Source: Nemertoderma westbladi (Eukaryota > Animalia > Xenacoelomorpha). Taken from it: 64,000 nucleotides of DNA. The stretch is taken from positions 9,231 through 73,230 of the forward strand of contig JAUCBJ010004986.1 of NCBI GenBank assembly GCA_032718475.1, given 5' to 3'. The position numbers and the translations under genes were made by a program. Below the pieces are notes generated by a model. The model saw nothing but the letters and a program-made list of their open reading frames with translations, made no database searches and was not told the DNA's origin. Of the stretch, positions 28,601 through 42,520 are shown piece after piece. Each line of letters opens with the position of its first letter. Within the stretch, counting starts at the first letter, position 1.

Positions 28601-31600
28601 TACAAGTAGGTAGGTAGACAAACATTGTGTGATCGTGGCGTTTATTTAATCATACAAGTGGGTAGGTAGTCAAACATTGTGTGATCGTGGCGTTTATTTA
28701 ATCATACAAGTAGGTAGACAAACATTGTGTGATCGTGGCGTTTATTTAATCATACAAGTGGGTAGTTAGACAAACATTGTGTGATCGTGGCGTTTATTTA
28801 ATCATACAAGTGGGTAGGTAGTCAAACATTGTGTGATCGTGGCGTTTATTTAATCATACAAGTGGGTAGGTAGACAAACATTGTGTGATCGTGGCGTTTA
28901 TTTAATCATACAAGTAGGTAGGTAGACAAACATTGTGTGATCGTGGCGTTTATTTAATCATACAAGTGGGTAGGTAGACAAACATTGTGTGATCGTGGCG
29001 TTTATTTAATCATACAAGTGGGTAGACAAACATTGTGTGATCGTGGCGTTTATTTAATCATACAAGTGGGTAGACAAACATTGTGTGATCGTGGTGTTTA
29101 TTTAATCATACAAGTGGGTAGTTAGACAAACATTGTGTGATCGTGGCGTTTATTTAATCATAAGTGGGATAACAAACATTGTGTGATCGTGGCGTTTATT
29201 TAATCATACAAGTGGGTAGGTAGACAAACATTGTGTGATCGTGGCGTTTATTTAATCATACAAGTAGGATAACAAACATTGTGTGATCGTGGCGTTTATT
29301 TAATCATACAAGTGGGTAGGTAGACAAACATTGTGTGATCGTGGCGTTTATTTAATCATACAAGTAGGTAGACAAACATTGTGTGATCGTGGCGTTTATT
29401 TAATCATACAAGTAGGTAGACAAACATTGTGTGATCGTGGCGTTTATTTAATCATACAAGTAGGTAGACAAACATTGTGTGATCGTGGCGTTTATTTAAT
29501 CATACAAGTGGGTAGGTAGACAAACATTGTGTGATCGTGGCGTTTATTTAATCATACAAGTGGGTAGGTAGACAAACATTGTGTGATCGTGGTGTTTATT
29601 TAATCATACAAGTGGGTAGGTAGACAAACATTGTGTGATCGTGGCGTTTATTTAATCATACAACTGGGTAGGTAGACAAACATTGTGTGATCGTGGCGTT
29701 TATTTAATCATACAAGTGGGTAGGTAGACAAACATTGTGTGATCGTGGCGTTTATTTAATCATACAAGTGGGTAGGTAGACAAACATTGTGTGATCGTGG
29801 CGTTTATTTAATCATACAAGTGGGTAGGTAGACAAACATTGTGTGATCGTGGCGTTTATTTAATCATACAAGTGGGTAGGTAGACAAACATTGTGTGATC
29901 GTGGCGTTTATTTAATCATAAGTGGGATAACAAACATTGTGTGATCGTGGCGTTTATTTAATCATACAAGTGGGTAGGTAGAAAAACATTGTGTGATCGT
30001 GGCGTTTATTTAATCATACAAGTGGGTAGGTAGACAAACATTGTGTGATCGTGGCGTTTATTTAATCATACAAGTAGGATAACAAACATTGTGTGATCGT
30101 GGCGTTTATTTAATCATACAAGTAGGTAGGTAGACAAACATTGTGTGATCGTGGCGTTTATTTAATCATACAAGTGGGTAGACAAACATTATGTGATCGT
30201 GGCGTTTATTTAATCATACAAGTGGGTAGGTAGACAAACATTGTGTGATCGTGGCGTTTATTTAATCATACAAGTAGGATAACAAACATTGTGTGATCGT
30301 GGCGTTTATTTAATCATACAAGTGGGTAGGTAGACAAACATTGTGTGATCGTGGCGTTTATTTAATCATACAAGTGGGTAGGTAGACAAACATTGTGTGA
30401 TCGTGGCGTTTATTTAATCATACAAGTGGGTAGGTAGACAAACATTGTGTGATCGTGGCGTTTATTTAATCATACAAGTGGGTAGGTAGACAAACATTGT
30501 GTGATCGTGGCGTTTATTTAATCATAAGTGGGATAACAAACATTGTGTGATCGTGGCGTTTATTTAATCATACAAGTGGGTAGGTAGACAAACATTGTGT
30601 GATCGTGGCGTTTATTTAATCATACAAGTGGGTAGGTAGACAAACATTGTGTGATCGTGGCGTTTATTTAATCATACAAGTAGGATAACAAACATTGTGT
30701 GATCGTGGCGTTTATTTAATCATACAAGTGGGTAGGTAGACAAACATTGTGTGATCGTGGCGTTTATTTAATCATACAAGTAGGATAACAAACATTGTGT
30801 GATCGTGGCGTTTATTTAATCATACAAGTAGGATAACAAACATTGTGTGATCGTGGCGTTTATTTAATCATACAAGTGGGTAGGTAGACAAACATTGTGT
30901 GATCGTGGCGTTTATTTAATCATACAAGTAGGATAACAAACATTGTGTGATCGTGGCGTTTATTTAATCATACAAGTAGGATAACAAACATTGTGTGATC
31001 GTGGCGTTTATTTAATCATACAAGTGGGTAGGTAGACAAACATTGTGTGATCGTGGCGTTTATTTAATCATACAAGTGGGTAGGTAGACAAACATTGTGT
31101 GATCGTGGCGTTTATTTAATCATACAAGTGGGTAGGTAGACAAACATTGTGTGATCGTGGCGTTTATTTAATCATACAAGTAGGATAACAAACATTGTGT
31201 GATCGTGGCGTTTATTTAATCATACAAGTGGGTAGGTAGACAAACATTGTGTGATCGTGGCGTTTATTTAATCATACAAGTAGGATAACAAACATTGTGT
31301 GATCGTGGCGTTTATTTAATCATACAAGTGGGTAGGTAGACAAACATTGTGTGATCGTGGCGTTTATTTAATCATACAAGTAGGATAACAAACATTGTGT
31401 GATCGTGGCGTTTATTTAATCATACAAGTAGGATAACAAACATTGTGTGATCGTGGCGTTTATTTAATCATACAAGTGGGTAGGTAGACAAACATTGTGT
31501 GATCATGGCGTTTATTTAATCATACAAGTGGGTAGACAAACATTGTGTGATCGTGGCGTTTATTTACTCATACAAGTGGGTAGACAAACATTGTGTGATC

Positions 31601-34600
31601 GTGGCGTTTATTTAATCATAAGTGGGATAACAAACATTGTGTGATCGTGGTGTTTATTTAATCATACAAGTGGGTAGGTAGACAAACATTGTGTGATCAT
31701 GGCGTTTATTTAATCATACAAGGGGGTAGACAAACATTGTGTGATCGTGGTGGTTATTTACTCATACAAGTGGGTAGACAAACATTGTGTGATCGTGGTG
31801 TTTATTTAATCATACAAGTGGGTAGACAAACATTGTGTGATCGTGGCGTTTATTTACTCATACAAGTGGGTAGGTAGACAAACATTGTGTGATCATGGCG
31901 TTTATTTAATCATACAAGTGGGTAGACAAACATTGTGTGATCGTGGCGTTTATTTACTCATACAAGTGGGTAGACAAACATTGTGTGATCGTGGTGTTTA
32001 TTTACTCATACAAGTGGGTAGACAAACATTGTGTGATCGTGGTGTTTATTTAATCATACAAGTGGGTAGGTAGACAAACATTGTGTGATCATGGCGTTTA
32101 TTTAATCATACAAGTGGGTAGACAAACATTGTGTGATCGTGGCGTTTATTTACTCATACAAGTGGGTAGACAAACATTGTGTGATCGTGGCGTTTATTTA
32201 ATCATACAAGTGGGTAGGTAGACAAACATTGTGTGATCATGGCGTTTATTTAATCATACAAGTGGGTAGACAAACATTGTGTGATCGTGGCGTTTATTTA
32301 CTCATACAAGTGGGTAGACAAACATTGTGTGATCGTGGTGTTTATTTAATCATACAAGTGGGTAGGTAGACAAACATTGTGTGATCATGGCGTTTATTTA
32401 ATCATACAAGTGGGTAGACAAACATTGTGTGATCGTGGCGTTTATTTACTCATACAAGTGGGTAGACAAACATTGTGTGATCGTGGCGTTTATTTAATCA
32501 TAAGTGGGATAACAAACATTGTGTGATCGTGGCGTTTATTTAATCATACAAGTAGGATAACAAACATTGTGTGATCGTGGTGTTTATTTAATCATACAAG
32601 TGGGTAGGTAGACAAACATTGTGTGATCGTGGCGTTTATTTAATCATACACGTGGGTAGGTAGACAAACATTGTGTGATCGTGGCGTTTATTTAATCATA
32701 AGTAGGATAACAAACATTGTGTGATCGTGGCGTTTATTTAATCATACAAGTGGGTAGGTAGACAAACATTGTGTGATCGTGGCGTTTATTTAATCATACA
32801 AGTGGGTAGTTAGACAAACATTGTGTGATCGTGGCGTTTATTTAATCATAAGTAGGATAACAAACATTGTGTGATCGTGGCGTTTATTTAATCATACAAG
32901 TGGGTAGACAAACATTGTGTGATCGTGGTGTTTATTTAATCATACAAGTAGGTAGACAAACATTGTGTGATCGTGGCGTTTATTTAATCATACAAGTAGG
33001 TAGGTAGACAAACATTGTGTGATCGTGGCGTTTATTTAATCATACAAGTAGGTAGACAAACATTGTGTGATCGTGGCGTTTATTTAATCATACAAGTGGG
33101 TAGTTAGACAAACATTGTGTGATCGTGGCGTTTATTTAATCATACAAGTAGGTAGACAAACATTGTGTGATCGTGGCGTTTATTTAATCATACAAGTGGG
33201 TAGTTAGACAAACATTGTGTGATCGTGGCGTTTATTTAATCATACAAGTGGGTAGGTAGTCAAACATTGTGTGATCGTGGCGTTTATTTAATCATACAAG
33301 TGGGTAGGTAGACAAACATTGTGTGATCGTGGCGTTTATTTAATCATACAAGTAGGTAGGTAGACAAACATTGTGTGATCGTGGCGTTTATTTAATCATA
33401 CAAGTGGGTAGGTAGTCAAACATTGTGTGATCGTGGCGTTTATTTAATCATACAAGTGGGTAGACAAACATTGTGTGATCGTGGCGTTTATTTAATCATA
33501 CAAGTGGGTAGTTAGACAAACATTGTGTGATCGTGGCGTTTATTTAATCATAAGTAGGATAACAAACATTGTGTGATCGTGGCGTTTATTTAATCATACA
33601 AGTGGGTAGACAAACATTGTGTGATCGTGGTGTTTATTTAATCATACAAGTAGGTAGACAAACATTGTGTGATCGTGGCGTTTATTTAATCATACAAGTA
33701 GGTAGGTAGACAAACATTGTGTGATCGTGGCGTTTATTTAATCATACAAGTAGGTAGACAAACATTGTGTGATCGTGGCGTTTATTTAATCATACAAGTG
33801 GGTAGTTAGACAAACATTGTGTGATCGTGGCGTTTATTTAATCATACAAGTAGGTAGACAAACATTGTGTGATCGTGGCGTTTATTTAATCATACAAGTG
33901 GGTAGGTAGACAAACATTGTGTGATCGTGGCGTTTATTTAATCATACAAGTGGGTAGACAAACATTGTGTGATCGTGGCGTTTATTTAATCATACAAGTG
34001 GGTAGGTAGACAAACATTGTGTGATCGTGGCGTTTATTTAATCATACAAGTGGGTAGACAAACATTGTGTGATCGTGGCGTTTATTTAATCATACAAGTG
34101 GGTAGACAAACATTGTGTGATCGTGGCGTTTATTTAATCATACAAGTGGGTAGACAAACATTGTGTGATCGTGGTGTTTATTTAATCATACAAGTGGGTA
34201 GGTAGACAAACATTGTGTGATCGTGGCGTTTATTTAATCATACAAGTGGGTAGACAAACATTGTGTGATCGTGGCGTTTATTTAATCATACAAGTGGGTA
34301 GGTAGATAAACATTGTGTGATCGTGGCGTTTATTTAATCATACAAGTGGGTAGGTAGACAAACATTGTGTGATCGTGGCGTTTATTTAATCATACAAGTG
34401 GGTAGACAAACATTGTGTGATCGTGGCGTTTATTTATTCATACAAGTGGGTAGACAAACATTGTGTGATCGTGGCGTTTATTTAATCATACAAGTGGGTA
34501 GGTAGACAAACATTGTGTGATCGTGGCGTTTATTTAATCATACAAGTGGGTAGGTAGACAAACATTGTGTGATCGTGGCGTTTATTTAATCATACAAGTG

Positions 34601-37600
34601 GGTAGACAAACATTGTGTGATCGTGGCGTTTATTTATTCATACAAGTGGGTAGACAAACATTGAGTGATCGTGGCGTTTATTTATTCATACAAGTGGGTA
34701 GGTAGACAAACATTGTGTGATCGTGGCGTTTATTTAATCATACAAGTGGGTAGACAAACATTGTGTGATCGTGGCGTTTATTTATTCATACAAGTGGGTA
34801 GGTAGACAAACATTGTGTGATCGTGGCGTTTATTTAATCATACAAGTGGGTAGACAAACATTGAGTGATCGTGGCGTTTATTTAATCATACAAGTGGGTA
34901 GACAAACATTGTGTGATCGTGGCGTTTATTTAATCATACAAGTGGGTAGGTAGACAAACATTGTGTGATCGTGGCGTTTATTTAATCATACAAGTGGGTA
35001 GGTAGACAAACATTGTGTGATCGTGGCGTTTATTTAATCATACAAGTGGGTAGGTAGACAAACATTGTGTGATCGTGGCGTTTATTTAATCATACAAGTG
35101 GGTAGGTAGACAAACATTGTGTGATCGTGGCGTTTATTTAATCATACAAGTGGGTAGGTAGACAAACATTGTGTGATCGTGGCGTTTATTTAATCATACA
35201 AGTGGGTAGGTAGACAAACATTGTGTGATCGTGGCGTTTATTTAATCATACAAGTGGGTAGACAAACATTGTGTGATCGTGGCGTTTATTTAATCATATA
35301 AGTGGGTAGGTAGACAAACATTGTGTGATCGTGGCGTTTATTTAATCATACAAGTGGGTAGGTAGACAAACATTGTGTGATCGTGGCGTTTATTTAATCA
35401 TACAAGTGGGTAGACAAACATTGTGTGATCGTGGCGTTTATTTATTCATACAAGTGGGTAGGTAGACAAACATTGTGTGATCGTGGCGTTTATTTAATCA
35501 TATAAGTGGGTAGGTAGACAAACATTGTGTGATCGTGGCGTTTATTTAATCATACAAGTGGGTAGACAAACATTGTGTGATCGTGGCGTTTATTTATTCA
35601 TACAAGTGGGTAGGTAGACAAACATTGTGTGATCGTGGCGTTTATTTAATCATACAAGTGGGTAGGTAGACAAACATTGTGTGATCGTGGCGTTTATTTA
35701 ATCATACAAGTGGGTAGACAAACATTGTGTGATCGTGGCGTTTATTAAATCATACAAGTGGGTAGACAAACATTGTGTGATCGTGGCGTTTATTTAATCA
35801 TACAAGTGGGTAGGTAGACAAACATTGTGTGATCGTGGCGTTTATTTAATCATACAAGTGGGTAGACAAACATTGTGTGATCGTGGCGTTTATTTAATCA
35901 TGCAAGTGGGTAGGTAGACAAACATTGTGTGATCGTGGCGTTTATTTAATCATACAAGTGGGTAGGTAGACAAACATTGTGTGATCCTGGCGTTTATTTA
36001 ATCATACAAGTGGGTAGACAAACATTGTGTGATCGTGGCGTTTATTTAATCATACAAGTGGGTAGGTAGACAAACATTGTGTGATCGTGGCGTTTATTTA
36101 ATCATACAAGTGGGTAGGTAGACAAACATTGTGTGATCGTGGCGTTTATTTAATCATACAAGTGGGTAGGTAGACAAACATTGTGTGATCGTGGCGTTTA
36201 TTTAATTATACAAGTGGGTAGACAAACATTGTGTGATCGTGGCGTTTATTTAATCATATAAGTGGGTAGGTAGACAAACATTGTGTGATCGTGGCGTTTA
36301 TTTAATCATACAAGTGGGTAGGTAGACAAACATTGTGTGATCGTGGCGTTTATTTAATCATACAAGTGGGTAGACAAACATTGTGTGATCGTGGTGTTTA
36401 TTTAATCATACAAGTGGGTAGGTAGACAAACATTGTGTGATCGTGGCGTTTATTTAATCATACAAGTGGGTAGACAAACATTGTGTGATCGTGGCGTTTA
36501 TTTAATCATACAAGTGGGTAGGTAGATAAACATTGTGTGATCGTGGCGTTTATTTAATCATACAAGTGGGTAGGTAGACAAACATTGTGTGATCGTGGCG
36601 TTTATTTAATCATACAAGTGGGTAGACAAACATTGTGTGATCGTGGCGTTTATTTATTCATACAAGTGGGTAGACAAACATTGTGTGATCGTGGCGTTTA
36701 TTTAATCATACAAGTGGGTAGGTAGACAAACATTGTGTGATCGTGGCGTTTATTTAATCATACAAGTGGGTAGACAAACATTGTGTGATCGTGGCGTTTA
36801 TTTATTCATACAAGTGGGTAGACAAACATTGAGTGATCGTGGCGTTTATTTATTCATACAAGTGGGTAGGTAGACAAACATTGTGTGATCGTGGCGTTTA
36901 TTTAATCATACAAGTGGGTAGACAAACATTGTGTGATCGTGGCGTTTATTTATTCATACAAGTGGGTAGGTAGACAAACATTGTGTGATCGTGGCGTTTA
37001 TTTAATCATACAAGTGGGTAGACAAACATTGAGTGATCGTGGCGTTTATTTAATCATACAAGTGGGTAGACAAACATTGTGTGATCGTGGCGTTTATTTA
37101 ATCATACAAGTGGGTAGGTAGACAAACATTGTGTGATCGTGGCGTTTATTTAATCATACAAGTGGGTAGGTAGACAAACATTGTGTGATCGTGGCGTTTA
37201 TTTAATCATACAAGTGGGTAGGTAGACAAACATTGTGTGATCGTGGCGTTTATTTAATCATACAAGTGGGTAGGTAGACAAACATTGTGTGATCGTGGCG
37301 TTTATTTAATCATACAAGTGGGTAGGTAGACAAACATTGTGTGATCGTGGCGTTTATTTAATCATACAAGTGGGTAGGTAGACAAACATTGTGTGATCGT
37401 GGCGTTTATTTAATCATACAAGTGGGTAGACAAACATTGTGTGATCGTGGCGTTTATTTAATCATATAAGTGGGTAGGTAGACAAACATTGTGTGATCGT
37501 GGCGTTTATTTAATCATACAAGTGGGTAGGTAGACAAACATTGTGTGATCGTGGCGTTTATTTAATCATACAAGTGGGTAGACAAACATTGTGTGATCGT

Positions 37601-40201
37601 GGCGTTTATTTATTCATACAAGTGGGTAGGTAGACAAACATTGTGTGATCGTGGCGTTTATTTAATCATATAAGTGGGTAGGTAGACAAACATTGTGTGA
37701 TCGTGGCGTTTATTTAATCATACAAGTGGGTAGACAAACATTGTGTGATCGTGGCGTTTATTTATTCATACAAGTGGGTAGGTAGACAAACATTGTGTGA
37801 TCGTGGCGTTTATTTAATCATACAAGTGGGTAGGTAGACAAACATTGTGTGATCGTGGCGTTTATTTAATCATACAAGTGGGTAGACAAACATTGTGTGA
37901 TCGTGGCGTTTATTAAATCATACAAGTGGGTAGACAAACATTGTGTGATCGTGGCGTTTATTTAATCATACAAGTGGGTAGGTAGACAAACATTGTGTGA
38001 TCGTGGCGTTTATTTAATCATACAAGTGGGTAGACAAACATTGTGTGATCGTGGCGTTTATTTAATCATGCAAGTGGGTAGGTAGACAAACATTGTGTGA
38101 TCGTGGCGTTTATTTAATCATACAAGTGGGTAGGTAGACAAACATTGTGTGATCCTGGCGTTTATTTAATCATACAAGTGGGTAGACAAACATTGTGTGA
38201 TCGTGGCGTTTATTTAATCATACAAGTGGGTAGGTAGACAAACATTGTGTGATCGTGGCGTTTATTTAATCATACAAGTGGGTAGGTAGACAAACATTGT
38301 GTGATCGTGGCGTTTATTTAATCATACAAGTGGGTAGGTAGACAAACATTGTGTGATCGTAGCGTTTATTTAATCATACAAGTGGGTAGACAAACATTGT
38401 GTGATCGTGGCGTTTATTTAATCATATAAGTGGGTAGGTAGACAAACATTGTGTGATCGTGGCGTTTATTTAATCATACAAGTGGGTAGGTAGACAAACA
38501 TTGTGTGATCGTGGCGTTTATTTAATCATACAAGTGGGTAGACAAACATTGTGTGATCGTGGCGTTTATTTATTCATACAAGTGGGTAGGTAGACAAACA
38601 TTGTGTGATCGTGGCGTTTATTTAATCATATAAGTGGGTAGGTAGACAAACATTGTGTGATCGTGGCGTTTATTTAATCATACAAGTGGGTAGACAAACA
38701 TTGTGTGATCGTGGCGTTTATTTATTCATACAAGTGGGTAGGTAGACAAACATTGTGTGATCGTGGCGTTTATTTAATCATACAAGTGGGTAGGTAGACA
38801 AACATTGTGTGATCGTGGCGTTTATTTAATCATACAAGTGGGTAGACAAACATTGTGTGATCGTGGCGTTTATTAAATCATACAAGTGGGTAGGTAGACA
38901 AACATTGTGTGATCGTGGCGTTTATTTAATCATACAAGTGGGTAGGTAGACAAACATTGTGTGATCCTGGCGTTTATTTAATCATACAAGTGGGTAGACA
39001 AACATTGTGTGATCGTGGCGTTTATTTAATCATACAAGTGGGTAGGTAGACAAACATTGTGTGATCGTGGCGTTTATTTAATCATACAAGTGGGTAGGTA
39101 GACAAACATTGTGTGATCGTGGCGTTTATTTAATCATACAAGTGGGTAGGTAGACAAACATTGTGTGATCGTGGCGTTTATTTAATCATACAAGTGGGTA
39201 GGTAGACAAACATTGTGTGATCGTGGCGTTTATTTAATCATACAAGTGGGTAGGTAGACAAACATTGTGTGATCGTGGCGTTTATTTAATCATACAAGTG
39301 GGTAGGTAGACAAACATTGTGTGATCGTGGCGTTTATTCAATCATACAAGTGGGTAGACAAACATTGTGTGATCGTGGCGTTTATTTAATCATACAAGTG
39401 GGTAGACAAACATTGTGTGATCGTGGCGTTTATTTAATCATACAAGTGGGTAGACAAACATTGTGTGATTGTGGCGTTTATTTAATCATACAAGTGGGTA
39501 GGTAGACAAACATTGTGATCGTGGCGTTTATTTAATCATACAAGTAGGTAGGTAGACAAACATTGTGTGATAGTGGAGTTTATTTAATCATACAAGTGGG
39601 TAGGTAGACAAACATTGTGTGATCGTGGCGTTTATTTAATCATACAAGTGGGTAGACAAACATTGTGTGATCGTGGCGTTTATTTAATCATACAAGTGGG
39701 GAGACAAACATTGTGTGATCGTGGCGTTTATTTAATCATACAAGTGGGTATAGACAAACATTGTGTGATCGTGGCGTTTATTTAATCATACAAGTGGGTA
39801 GGTAGACAAACATTGTGTGATCGTGGCGTTTATTTAATCATACAAGTGGGTAGGTAGACAAACATTGTGTGATCGTGGCGTTTATTTAATCATACAAGTG
39901 GGTAGGTAGACAAACATTGTGTGATCGTGGCGTTTATTTAATCATACAAGTGAGTGCGTAGACAAACATTGTGTGATCGTGGCGTTTATTTAATCATACA
40001 AGTGGGTAGGTAGACAAACATTGTGTGATCGTGGCGTTTATTTAATCATACAAGTGGGTAGGTAGACAAACATTGTGTGATCGTGGCGTTTATTTAATCA
40101 TACAAGTGGGTAGGTAGACAAACATTGTGTGATCGTGGCGTTTATTTAATCATACAAGTGGGTAGGTAGACAAACATTGTGTGATCGTGGCGTTTATTTA
40201 A
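13618..40201 (+). repeat. 52-bp minisatellite array, segment 2
   Basis: Same unit as 1-8102, with regionally clustered variants and kilobase-scale internal duplications. Confidence 0.98.
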
Positions 40202-41821
40202 GGGGGGGGGGGGTTCACTCCCCTTGGAGAGGAATCGGCATATCGGATGCCTGATGTTCCCACATCATCCATTTTCTCCAATTTTTTGCACGTTAACCAA
40301 GGACATGTGTGTCTTCAATGTCATGATAAAAAAATTTCAGATATTTGATAATCAGACTATGATATTGATTGATTGATTGGAAATATCGATTGATTTATTG
40401 ATTGATTAGTTAAATGCTTATAACATTTTACCACATGCATATTTTTGAAAAGTTTTTTTTTATTTTAAAAGCAGCCGCCTATATGTGTAAAACTTGTAGA
40501 CAGATTTCCGAAATTTGGTCCAGTTAAAATTTTATTGGCATAATTACACCACTATTGGAAATTAATATCGCATATTTTCCAATATTTCGTCGATTTTGTG
40601 ATTGGCACCTTATAACTTGGGAGAGAATCTAAATTTCGAAAATCTGTCTACAACTTATGAAAAGTAACATGTCTAGAAGACTGAAACCAAATTTCAGACA
40701 AAAAGGTGGAAGATTGACTGAGTTATAAGGTTTTGGAGATGAGGAAAGCCTGAAAAATAAAAAGTCGAGAAAAACTCAAAAATAGATACAAAATAGCATG
40801 ACATTTTTTTTTTGATTTTTTTTTCATTTTTTTTTGAATTTGGTTCAAAAAAAACCCTACCCACTTTTAACAACCTGTTAAAATAATTTTAGAGTGCTTG
40901 CCAAAAAACACTTCGCGCAGCACGTGAACAAATTACATTTTGGCGTATTGATGTGATCGCATACTATTTCGTCATTTAGTAATAAATAGTCATGGAATAA
41001 TGAGACAACCTTAAGAAACATTCAAAATTATATAAAAATCTCCACATAATTTTATAATAAGCCTTTACACAGAACATTAAGCTTTGCGCAGCACGTGAAA
41101 CCTTCGCGCAGCACGTGAGACATTTGCGCAGCAGGTGAAGGTTTCACGTAGAACTTAAATTCTTCATAAAGCACGTTAATTAATCGAGCACCTCGGGAAG
41201 CTTTTTGATCAGAATGAGAAGCCTTCACGCGGCACATGAAAAGTTCATGCTGCACATGAAGACTTCGCGCAGCACGTGAATTATTATCAGAGCCTGCGGA
41301 ATTAAAAAAAAATAAGTTTATGGTTGTTTCCCAGAATAATTATTACTAGCTATTGTTATATGATGGTTCACATTTGTTATTACTAGTAGACAACTAGTCC
41401 ATTAGACAACTGTTCAATATGTAATACAAAACTCACAAATATCTATTAAATATATATTAATTAAAATTTGACGGACATGTTGACAGACAGACAGACATAC
41501 AAACAGACAGACAAACTGAGAGACAGACTGAGATACAGACATAGTGATTAGATAATTCCAAATATTAAAACAGACATCGACATTAAGAAAAATCCTAACA
41601 GTAAACATTTCAGATTGCTTATTTTATGCCCTTTTTAATATTTCGATGGACAGACAGACAGACATACAGACGGAAAACCAGCCATTACTCGAGAAGTAAA
41701 AGAGATCTCGCTAAGCCGTTTCCAGATTTGAAATCCGCATTAAATTCTACTCTAGATGAAATAAAAAAACAAAAAATGAAAATTTTGACCTGAGGGGGGG
41801 TGTACCCCCCCCCCCCCCCCC
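40202..41821. mobile_element. Non-autonomous TTAA-targeting DNA transposon, Kolobok-like
   Basis: TTAA at 40198-40201 and 41822-41825; termini G-run+TTCACTCCCC and GGGGGGGTGTA+C-run form imperfect TIRs. Purine-starting ends with TTAA fit Kolobok better than piggyBac (CC-starting). No transposase ORF. Confidence 0.75.
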
Positions 41822-41972
41822 TTAATCATACAAGTGGGTAGGTAGACAAACATTGTGTGATCGTGGCGTTTATTTATTCATACAAGTGGGTAGGTAGACA
41901 AACATTGTGTGATCGTGGTGTTTATTTATTCATACAAGTGGGTAGGTAGACAAACATTGTGTGATCGTGGCG
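41822..41972 (+). repeat. Last ~3 units of the 52-bp array
   Basis: Array resumes in register after TTAA and ends at GTGGCG, followed by unique AGTAGGTAGACCAACCAACATTATTTCG. Confidence 0.95.
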
Positions 41973-42154
41973 AGTAGGTAGACCAACCAACATTATTTCG
42001 ACAATCGTTATCGATTTTCCCCTGGGGATATTCCCTATTAATTTTGTTTCCACCAAAAGTCTGCATATGGGTTATAAAAAGGAAGATGTTACTTGCCCCG
42101 CCAATAATCCTCTGCTTTATTTTAACTAACTCGGGACTTTAAATTACTTTCCAG

Positions 42155-42313
42155 GGATACGACATAACAACTTCAGTTCCTGCTTCTAGTATATCAGTAG
42201 CCATTGGAGATGAAGCCTGCACCATATATGAAATACAAAATACTAATATTACCTGCAAGCCTAGAAAACCAGCATACGATTTCACGGTATTTGAACCAAA
42301 GAAATCAGTTCAG
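42155..42313 (+). CDS. Internal exon of an IPT/TIG-domain receptor (plexin/MET-like)
   Basis: Acceptor TTACTTTCCAG, donor CAG|GTATGT, 159 bp phase 0/0; translates GYDITTSVPASSISVAIGDEACTIYEIQNTNITCKPRKPAYDFTVFEPKKSVQ (V.IG...C....CxP IPT pattern). Confidence 0.8.
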
Positions 42314-42520
42314 GTATGTACGTGTGAGTAATTGGCAGTACTGTAGGTAATGGGTCTATGGTATATAGTTGGGTCTATCTATATGGATAATTAGTAGGGG
42401 CTGTATGGTCCTATAGTTGTCATGGCCATTTTATTGACATATGGTGGTCGGTCAGTAAGGGCTATATTGCGCTATTCGTTATTGCCCTGATTAACTGAAT
42501 GTATTGCATCTGTTACTAAG

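Noticed and set aside
2695-39505. Small CDRGVYLIIQVGRQTL ORFs as independent genes
   Set aside because: They arise from runs of the 48-bp unit variant and start at TTG/GTG; no gene context.
1-41972. CRISPR array interpretation of the regular repeats
   Set aside because: No unique spacers, no cas genes, and a eukaryotic context.
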